From positions 1 to 52,563 of the forward strand of contig JAPDIG010000002.1 in NCBI GenBank assembly GCA_025966525.1: a stretch of 52,563 bases of DNA, in the 5' to 3' direction. The notes below the pieces were generated by a model. It made no database searches. It saw only the letters and a program-made list of their open reading frames with translations, and was not told the DNA's origin. The DNA is from Candidatus Methanophagales archaeon (GTDB lineage Archaea; Halobacteriota; Syntropharchaeia; Alkanophagales; Methanospirareceae). The position numbers were made by a program, and so were the translations under genes. The first letter of the stretch is position 1; every line of letters begins with the position of its first letter. This document shows positions 45,950 to 52,563 of this stretch, piece after piece.

Positions 45950-46363
45950 TTGATCCGTGAGGTATATAACAAAAAGGGAAGAATGAAGAGCAGAGATGCT
46001 TATATAGGAATTGGATTTCATAGAAACGTTGGGAAGGTGGAAATAGAGAAAGCGATTTGCAGATTCCTGGAGGAATTAGGAATAGAACTGGAAGAAGTTA
46101 AAGGTTTATGCACCGTGGATTTCAAAGAAACAGAGGAGTTGCAGGAGGTTTCTGCTAAGTTTAGCATTCCTTTATTTTTCTTTTCGCGCGATGAAATAAA
46201 TAGCGTGGATGTGCAGTCAAAAAGCGCAGCAACTGAAGCGCTTAACATAAAGGGTGTTGCAGAACCCTGTGCTATCCTGGGAGCAACGAGGAATAAGGGC
46301 GAGTTCAAAATCGTGAAAAGGAAATCATTTGATAGAAAAATAACCCTTGCGATGGTGACTTAG
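45950..46363 (+). CDS. cbiG: CbiG C-terminal-domain protein (cobalt-precorrin-5A hydrolase, C-domain only)
   Basis: 137-aa ORF; the start is probably the ATG for MKSRDAYIGIGFHR. The pattern IGIG.....V..IE.AI...L.ELG.....V..L.T.D.K..E..L.E.S......FF...EIN.......S.....L.I.GVAEPCAILGA fits CbiG_C. No CbiG N or middle domain is present. Confidence 0.7.
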   Translation: MIREVYNKKGRMKSRDAYIGIGFHRNVGKVEIEKAICRFLEELGIELEEVKGLCTVDFKETEELQEVSAKFSIPLFFFSRDEINSVDVQSKSAATEALNIKGVAEPCAILGATRNKGEFKIVKRKSFDRKITLAMVT

Positions 46364-46380
46364 AGAAATAAAAAAAGTAG

Positions 46381-47802
46381 GTGGACATGCTATCAGTAGT
46401 GGGAATCGGACCGGGAGCTTTGGACTTGATGACCGAACGAGCGAGAGTACGGATTTCGAGCGCGGATGTCATTATGGGCAATGAAAGATACATTGAGTTA
46501 ATAAAGGACATCCTTCCCGCGAGTGCTGAGGTAATAATAGGCAGGATGGGAACCGAGGTGGAACGTGCGAAGAAAGCAGTGGAATTAGGGAAGCAAAAAA
46601 ACGTCGTTCTTGTCTCCGGAGGTGATGCGGGCATTTACGGCATGGCGGGGCTGGCAATTGAGGTTATCGCACATTCCGAAAAGGATACAAAGCTGGAGAT
46701 AATCCCGGGTATAACGGCTGCATTTGCATCGGCTGCCTTACTTGGTGCACCTTTGTCAAACGATTTCGCAGTTATCAGTTTGAGCGATTTGTTAGTGCCG
46801 TGGAACGAGATAGAGAAGAAGTTGGAAGGTTTAGCAAAAATAGACATCGCTGTGGTTATATATAACCCGATGAGCAAAACCAGGAAGGTACAATTAGAGA
46901 GGGCATACGAGATTTTTACGCAGTTCCGTGACAGGAAAACAATGGTCGGCATCGTGAAAAATGCAGAAAGAGAAGGATGCGAAATTGAGACTACCATTTT
47001 AGAAGATTTGCCTGATTTCTACCATCGTATAGATATGTCAACGACTATTATTATAGGCTGTTCGGGAACGAAAAAAATGGGAGGTCTGATGGTTACACGC
47101 AGGGGATATGAAAGAAAATATAATTACACAGGAGAAAGAGGGCATACAAGCGCTCCGCTACACGAGATAGACGATTATGTAGAGGCGGGAAGCAGGATAT
47201 GGGAGCTCAGCAAGGCAATCGTAGGTGATATTGTCTCAAAATACCCAGGTTCGTTAAGCGAGCACGAACGAAGAGTTGCGGAACGCGTGGTTTTTGCTAA
47301 TGCTGACCCTTCGTTTCTGGACTCCCTTGTGTTCAAGCATAACCCGGTTGAGAAGGGGATACAGTGCATAAAAGATGGTAAAATAATCATTACGGACATT
47401 GAAATGGTGAAAGCGGGAATCAGCAAAAAATACAGGGAGAAGGTAAGGTGTTATGTGAACGCACCAAAAACAATGGAGAAGGCGAAAAAGGAAGGGCTCA
47501 CGAGAACTGCCGCTGGAATCAGACTCGCAAAGGAACTCGTTCATGATAACATCGTGGCTATTGGGAACGCACCTTCAGCCTGTCAGGAGCTTTGTGCACT
47601 CGTTGAGGATGGTATAAAGCCCGCTCTTATCGTTGCCACTCCCGTGGGGTTTGTTAATGCCGCGGAGACGAAAGAGAAGATCTTGTCTATGGGTATTCCT
47701 TGCATTGCGATAAGGGGTTCAAGAGGTGGGACTCCTTCAGCCGTGGCGATTATCAACGCGATAATCGAGATTGCGCATCAGATTAGCCGCGTTGACCGGT
47801 AA
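46381..47802 (+). CDS. Fusion of cobalt-precorrin-3 C17-methyltransferase (CbiH/CobJ) and precorrin-8X methylmutase (CbiC/CobH)
   Basis: 473-aa ORF. The N-terminal half is a tetrapyrrole methylase (LSVVGIGPGALDLMT, VSGGDAGIYGMAG, PGITA). The C-terminal half has CbiC motifs (AIGNAPSA, VATPVGFVNAAETKE, GSRGGTPSAVAIINA). Confidence 0.8.
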   Translation: MDMLSVVGIGPGALDLMTERARVRISSADVIMGNERYIELIKDILPASAEVIIGRMGTEVERAKKAVELGKQKNVVLVSGGDAGIYGMAGLAIEVIAHSEKDTKLEIIPGITAAFASAALLGAPLSNDFAVISLSDLLVPWNEIEKKLEGLAKIDIAVVIYNPMSKTRKVQLERAYEIFTQFRDRKTMVGIVKNAEREGCEIETTILEDLPDFYHRIDMSTTIIIGCSGTKKMGGLMVTRRGYERKYNYTGERGHTSAPLHEIDDYVEAGSRIWELSKAIVGDIVSKYPGSLSEHERRVAERVVFANADPSFLDSLVFKHNPVEKGIQCIKDGKIIITDIEMVKAGISKKYREKVRCYVNAPKTMEKAKKEGLTRTAAGIRLAKELVHDNIVAIGNAPSACQELCALVEDGIKPALIVATPVGFVNAAETKEKILSMGIPCIAIRGSRGGTPSAVAIINAIIEIAHQISRVDR

Positions 47803-47867
47803 GAGCAATGGATGGCTATCTGATATTATCTCTGGAGGACGAGTTTCAATTTATCGAGAATCCATGT

Positions 47868-49769
47868 TTAGCCTATATATGGCACTTCTTTTTCAGTAAT
47901 TTTCTGTTTTATGGGTATAGAAAAATAGAATGTCGAGCCTTTCCCTAACTCGCTTTCCACCCATATCTTACCACTATGCGCTTGAATGATTCCCTTAGCG
48001 ATAGCCAATCCTAAACCTGTTCCTCCGTGTTCCCTTCCCATAGAACCGTTAATCTGGGAGAATGGTTTGAACAATTTCTCTTTGTCCGTTTTTGAAATCC
48101 CAATACCATCATCTGTTATACAAAACAGAACGTTTTCCTCAACTTGCATCGTTTCAACAACCACATCAGCGTATTTTTTCGAAAATTTAATCGCGTTGTT
48201 TAATAAATTACTTATTACCTGCCTTAATCGTTCGGCATCTCCAATTATAGTCGGCAATTCGGCTAATCTCGCTCTTATTTTAACGTTTTTCTTCTTTGCG
48301 AAGGGTTCCTGCATTTTTATTGCCTCCTTTACCGTGTCATTGAGGCTCATAGACTCGAAAGAAATCTTGATTCTCCCTGCTTCTATTCTTGAAATATCCA
48401 GGATGTCGTTAATCAATTTATCCAATCTCGTCAGATTTCTGAGAATAACCGCTATGCTATCCTCTTGTTTCTTGTTCAGCCTTCCCATATATCCTTCTTG
48501 CAGCATTTGTAGTTGCGCTTGCATGGGTGTCAGAGGGGTTCTCAATTCATGTGATGTTAGTGACAGGAAGACAGATTTCATCCTTGTTACCTCCTCTAAA
48601 TCCACTACTTTTAACTCCAGCTCGCGGTTGAGCTTTCGAATCTCTTCTTCCGCTTTTTTCCGTTCCGTGATGTCTCTAAATATCGTTAATTTCGATACAG
48701 TGCCATCAACATTCTTCAAAGGCGTCTCAATGAGGTCATAAGTTTTGTTCACCCCGCGAGAGTACCATTCCCATCTCGCTGTCTTTCCCTTCGTCACTTC
48801 TGGAAGTTTGCACAGTGGACAGGGTTTCTCGCGATTATGAAACACTTTATAGCAAATATCCCCCACACGGTTTCCAAACTCGTGACGTAAAACCTTGTTC
48901 ATAAACTCTACTTTGTAGTCTTCTGAAACGACATACACGCCATCAACCATGCTTTCCAGAATCAAATTCAGGTTGTCCCGCTCTGCTTTTATCCTCGCTT
49001 CCAACTCTACTACTTTTGTTATATCTCTGCTCACACGGACAGTGCCAATCGGCACACCTTTTTTGTCTTTTAGTACTGCTGCCGACATGCTGATATGAAT
49101 AGGCTTCCCATCTTTCCTCAACACGATTGTCCGATAGTCTCGAATCTCCCCTTCCTTCTGCACCAGCTCCATTATTCTATCCGCTTCTTCAGGGTCTGCG
49201 AAGAATTTCCTGTTGGACGTTCCTACCACCTCATCCGCACGATAACCCATGATTCCCTCTGCACCTTTATTCCAATCTCGCACAATCCCTTTCATATCTA
49301 CCACAGTAATCGTGTCTGCAGAACTCGCAATAATATTATTCAAATAATCTCGTGTTTCTTTCAATTTGCCCTCGCTCTTTCTTACCTCCTCTCCTCTTCT
49401 TTTTTCCTCCTGCAACAGAGATTTAGCGTGTTCACGGCTTACAAATCCGACAAAATAAGCGGCAGCGAGAAAAACAAACGCTCTTTGTACCGCCTCAAGC
49501 GTTACGATGCTAAAGCCGAAGTCCGTGTGGATGAAAGTCGTGAGAACATGAACCGCACCGAGGAAGATTGCAACATAAATAGCCCTTGTATGATACCATA
49601 CCCCAGCTAGAATAAGGGGAATATAGAAAAAATGTGTGTACACAATTTCTTTACCCATGATGAAAGTGACATAAACATCTAAAATGACACAAGCTAAGAT
49701 TGCGATAAGTAGAATAAGAGATTTCATCTTCTCGCGCGGTATGCCAGCAAAGAGGTGTCTGTTTTCCAT
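47868..49769 (-). CDS. Membrane-bound PAS-domain sensor histidine kinase
   Basis: 633-aa ORF with N-terminal TM helices and two PAS-like modules, the second with CYKVFHNREKPCPLC. It has a HisKA H-box (LTSHELRTPL) and a HATPase_c domain (NLLNNAIKF, DDGIGI, GGTGLGLAI). Confidence 0.85.
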   Translation of the reverse strand: MENRHLFAGIPREKMKSLILLIAILACVILDVYVTFIMGKEIVYTHFFYIPLILAGVWYHTRAIYVAIFLGAVHVLTTFIHTDFGFSIVTLEAVQRAFVFLAAAYFVGFVSREHAKSLLQEEKRRGEEVRKSEGKLKETRDYLNNIIASSADTITVVDMKGIVRDWNKGAEGIMGYRADEVVGTSNRKFFADPEEADRIMELVQKEGEIRDYRTIVLRKDGKPIHISMSAAVLKDKKGVPIGTVRVSRDITKVVELEARIKAERDNLNLILESMVDGVYVVSEDYKVEFMNKVLRHEFGNRVGDICYKVFHNREKPCPLCKLPEVTKGKTARWEWYSRGVNKTYDLIETPLKNVDGTVSKLTIFRDITERKKAEEEIRKLNRELELKVVDLEEVTRMKSVFLSLTSHELRTPLTPMQAQLQMLQEGYMGRLNKKQEDSIAVILRNLTRLDKLINDILDISRIEAGRIKISFESMSLNDTVKEAIKMQEPFAKKKNVKIRARLAELPTIIGDAERLRQVISNLLNNAIKFSKKYADVVVETMQVEENVLFCITDDGIGISKTDKEKLFKPFSQINGSMGREHGGTGLGLAIAKGIIQAHSGKIWVESELGKGSTFYFSIPIKQKITEKEVPYIG

Positions 49770-49786
49770 ACTTTTATTTTATTATT

Positions 49787-50161
49787 TTAATCGGTTTTTT
49801 CAATCGCATCAAGCAGCTCTCTCATGGTAAACGGCTTGCCAATGAAATCTACAACCTGTTTCAAAGCAAGCAAATCCTCTTCCTCTGCTTCCAGCATATG
49901 AACCGCGGTCAAAAAGATAATTTTTATCCCTGCGAATCTGCTATCTTTCTCTATCGCATTCAGTATCTCCTTGGAAGTCAAGCCGGGCATCATTATATCC
50001 AGCAGAAGAACATCAGGGATTTCTTCTTTTAATTTCTCCAGGCACTCATGCCCATCCTTTGCTTTGATAGTTCTATAATTATTGGCTTCCAGGATTTGTC
50101 CAACCGAGAGCAAAACGTCAGGTTCGTCATCCACAATCATAATCGTTTTTCTTTCGCCCAT
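49787..50161 (-). CDS. Single-domain response regulator (CheY-like receiver)
   Basis: 124-aa ORF with VDDEPD, the phospho-acceptor context LLLDIMMPG, and a conserved T (LTA) and K (GKP). Confidence 0.85.
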   Translation of the reverse strand: MGERKTIMIVDDEPDVLLSVGQILEANNYRTIKAKDGHECLEKLKEEIPDVLLLDIMMPGLTSKEILNAIEKDSRFAGIKIIFLTAVHMLEAEEEDLLALKQVVDFIGKPFTMRELLDAIEKTD

Positions 50162-50213
50162 TATTCTTATTTTTTATTTGTCTGCTCCTATTTATCTTTT
50201 TTTATTTTAACTT

Positions 50214-51680
50214 TCAGACGTGAGGCGTGACGGCAGCGACCAATTGAAAAGGTCCTTTTTTCCCTATTATCAGTGAAGCAGATAATCGGGCATTGAATTC
50301 TGAACCGTCTTTTCGCAACGCAGTCAAATCCCCTTCCCACGTCCCTTTTTCACGTACCGTGGTAAGAACATCCTCAGCTTTAGCTTCGTCTTTCCAGAAT
50401 GATGAGCAATGGCGTCCTAAAACCTCCCTCTCCGCTTTATAGCCCCACATTTCCATGAATGCATGATTCACATAGGTCTGATTTCCTTCCAGGTTGGTCA
50501 TAAAAATAGGTTGAGTGGAGATTCTAATGGCATTGGCTTTGAGCCTCCACTCCTCTTCCGCTTTAATCTTAGCGATACCACCTGCGATTGCCTCTGATAC
50601 ACCCTCAAGCAAACTTCTATCTTCTTCAGAAATCGTTCTTCCGGAGCTGGTGAGGATGAGGAGAGCGCCATGAAGCTCGCCTTTGGTCTTCAGTGGAATC
50701 GCATAAACCTCTTGAAGATTATATTCCCCGGCTAAGCGGAAAGCGGTTTGGGCAAGTTCGAGCTCAACCATGCCTTTCCTGCTATCGAAGAAATCAAAAA
50801 AGATTACTTCCTTACGGTGGATTGCCTCCATTGCTATTCTCCTCTTCCATTCCTCAGCTCCACTTGTTTCTCCAACAGGATAACCTATCTGAGCATAACT
50901 GAAAAGCATATCCTTTACAGGGTCGTAAATCAATATATCGCCGAAGTCGAAACTGATTACATCTCGCAAGTTCTTGAGTATCGTGGAACACAACTGGTGG
51001 ATGGTGTACGACCTGTTAACCGATTCGCCGAGCAGACGGTGCAGTTCAGAGAGATTTTTTATTCGCTGCTCGTACTTCACTTTTTCTGTGACATCGTGGA
51101 TGATGGCGATAACGGAGAAGGAGCCGTCGGGATTCTCAACCCGTCTCGCTTTGATGTCCAGTATTCTCCCATCTTTATCTTCCTCTCGGCTTTCCACTTC
51201 CTCTGAACTTCCATCAATGACCTCTGCTATTCGACTGAGAGTTTGGCGTTGATGTGCAGAACCAAAGAAGACGTGATAATATTTCTGCCCTATGCAATCC
51301 CCATATAGTGCGGTCAAATACCGGTTCATGAAGAGGATATTGTAATCAAAGTCAAGAATCAGAATGCCTTCGGGCATATAGGAGAGGATGCGAGAGAAAA
51401 TCTTCTCGGTGTATGTCTTCTCTTCTTCGCTTAGCAGGAAGATGTGCTGTAAAGGCGATTTACTCACGGACCATATCTTTGCTCTCCCTATTTGCTTGTA
51501 CGTGATGCGCCCATCAGCGCGCAGGTGGTTCAGGTATTTGGACAGCGTATGCCTTCCGAGTTGCACTGCCTTCGATATCTCTTCTATGGTGGCACCTATA
51601 CCCCCGATGTCCTGTATTACATCGATTATTTTGGAGTATATCTCTTCTTCCGCTTTCACTTTCATCTTATGTAATGACAA
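50214..51680 (-). CDS. wHTH-PAS-GAF-PAS sensory regulator (no kinase domain)
   Basis: 488-aa ORF with an N-terminal winged helix (ATIEEISKAVQLGRHTLSKYLNHLRADGRI), a PAS module, a GAF-like module (DFGDILIYD...) and a C-terminal PAS module. Confidence 0.7.
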   Translation of the reverse strand: MSLHKMKVKAEEEIYSKIIDVIQDIGGIGATIEEISKAVQLGRHTLSKYLNHLRADGRITYKQIGRAKIWSVSKSPLQHIFLLSEEEKTYTEKIFSRILSYMPEGILILDFDYNILFMNRYLTALYGDCIGQKYYHVFFGSAHQRQTLSRIAEVIDGSSEEVESREEDKDGRILDIKARRVENPDGSFSVIAIIHDVTEKVKYEQRIKNLSELHRLLGESVNRSYTIHQLCSTILKNLRDVISFDFGDILIYDPVKDMLFSYAQIGYPVGETSGAEEWKRRIAMEAIHRKEVIFFDFFDSRKGMVELELAQTAFRLAGEYNLQEVYAIPLKTKGELHGALLILTSSGRTISEEDRSLLEGVSEAIAGGIAKIKAEEEWRLKANAIRISTQPIFMTNLEGNQTYVNHAFMEMWGYKAEREVLGRHCSSFWKDEAKAEDVLTTVREKGTWEGDLTALRKDGSEFNARLSASLIIGKKGPFQLVAAVTPHV

Positions 51681-51883
51681 ACATAAAATTGGTGCAGATG
51701 ATATATAAAAGTATGGTTACCATTAACGGACACATTCCCCGATAAATTTAGAAAAATATATATATCCCTTTCGATATAACTATCCTTTAATGCTCACCGT
51801 ATATGGGCACCATGTGGGAAAAAGAGAGCGGTGCCGAAGATAATATTGAGATATACGAAAATGCAACGGTGAGATGAGGTAAA

Positions 51884-52171
51884 ATGTCGCAATTGGTTAT
51901 TAAGGAAAGCAGAAGGGAGGAAAGATTCAAAAATAAAGAGCGAAGGGGTAAATTCGAGATAATCGCGGATGTCCTTTCAGTAGCAAGGGAAGGGGCAAAG
52001 AAGACACAGATAGTATATAAAGCGAATCTTAATTTCAAGATAGTGAGCGAGTATCTTTCTTTTCTGGAGGTGAAAGGATTTATAGGGAATACGAGCAGGG
52101 ATTACACGACAACAGAAAAGGGAGAAAAATTCTTAAGGATTTATAAGGAGATGGAGGAGCTGTTAGCGTAA
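51884..52171 (+). CDS. Small winged-helix DNA-binding protein
   Basis: 95-aa ORF. EIIADVLSVAREGAKKTQIVYKANLNFKIVSEYLSFLEVKGFI.....Y..TEKGEKFL is a typical archaeal wHTH pattern. Confidence 0.6.
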   Translation: MSQLVIKESRREERFKNKERRGKFEIIADVLSVAREGAKKTQIVYKANLNFKIVSEYLSFLEVKGFIGNTSRDYTTTEKGEKFLRIYKEMEELLA

Positions 52172-52176
52172 CACTT

Positions 52177-52200
52177 TTTCTTTTTTCTACAAAAAAGAAA
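52177..52200 (+). terminator. AT-only hairpin / T-tract after the wHTH gene
   Basis: TTTCTTTTTT-CTAC-AAAAAAGAAA is a perfect 10-bp inverted repeat starting 6 nt after the stop codon. The T-runs alone could act as an archaeal terminator. Confidence 0.35.
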
Positions 52201-52481
52201 ACCTGTGCTAAAAGAAAAAAGTTTTTTCTTTGCCAAAGCCTCCTCTTATTCTCTTATTTTTTAACTTGATTCAGGTTCTTTTTAAAAGGAAGCACTGCTT
52301 AAAACACTGAGTTCAGTTTCTTAACCATTTTCCGTAGGCAAAATTCTTATGTCTTTTTATGATGTCCTGTTCAACCTACCTATTGAGGGTTACCATATAG
52401 GATACCCTAAAGGGATGCTTTAATGGGTGGGATTTGGGGTAGGGGAACGATATAAAAATTTAGGAGGTGATAAGGAAAAAA

Positions 52482-52563
52482 ATGAGATCGAGAACACAAA
52501 TTGCTGCGCTGGCAGTGGTGATGATAATGACAATCGGCACAACAGTCATGCCCGCGATGGCTG
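52482..52563 (+). CDS. 5' end of a secreted-protein gene (partial, runs off the window)
   Basis: The ATG at 52482 is preceded by AGGAGGTGA. It encodes MRSRTQIAALAVVMIMTIGTTVMPAMA, a classical signal peptide with an A-x-A cleavage site. Confidence 0.45.
   Translation, partial: MRSRTQIAALAVVMIMTIGTTVMPAMA

Noticed and set aside
45905-45950. A possible C/D-box sRNA (AUGAUGC ... CUGA) upstream of cbiG.
   Set aside because: The C-box is imperfect, no internal D'/C' pair is visible, and the C-to-D distance (about 42 nt) is too short for a canonical archaeal C/D sRNA.
1-52563. A search for CRISPR arrays, transposases, integrases, rRNA genes or long inverted or direct repeats marking a mobile island.
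   Set aside because: No regularly spaced repeats or recombinase-like ORFs were seen. The only mobile element is the RNR intein. The only long repeat is the cytochrome gene duplication.

Overview
This window looks like a chromosomal segment from an AT-leaning euryarchaeon. Archaeal markers are a TFIIB-type factor (TFB), archaeal SRP54, a PGF-CTERM sorting signal, an intein-containing class II ribonucleotide reductase, ThyX, an Lhr helicase and a tRNA-Arg(GCG). Multihaem cytochromes and a possible methanogenesis-marker-3-like gene hint at a Methanosarcinales/ANME- or Archaeoglobi-like host, but that is inference only. Coding density is high, with about 48 supported CDSs. Most are housekeeping or metabolic: homocysteine synthesis, MscS, PhoU, CBS-pyrophosphatase, an HPS-RraA fusion, AOR, ThiC, CbiG/CbiH-CbiC, CoaE and a PfkB kinase. 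There is also a His-kinase/receiver/PAS-GAF regulatory cluster.

The standout is a tightly packed minus-strand operon at 5423-10739. It encodes an Mpa/ARC-like AAA+ unfoldase, two divergent paralogues of the Pup-ligase/deamidase (PafA/Dop) family, and an 85-aa highly charged protein ending in Ser-Gly-Glu. This is the gene content and order of a bacterial pupylation locus, embedded in archaeal context. I regard it as a candidate archaeal Pup-like protein-tagging system.

Other notable items:
- Two tandem nonahaem c-type cytochrome paralogues with different C-terminal anchoring modules and a 132-nt perfectly identical tract.
- A radical SAM protein with non-canonical cysteine spacing.
- A DUF4258/YgiT-zinc-finger toxin-antitoxin-like pair.
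- An RNR intein whose LAGLIDADG endonuclease looks half-deleted.
- A frameshift-split debranching-enzyme-like gene.
- An uncharacterised three-gene radical SAM operon.

All family calls come from motif recognition by eye. No HMM or database search was run.
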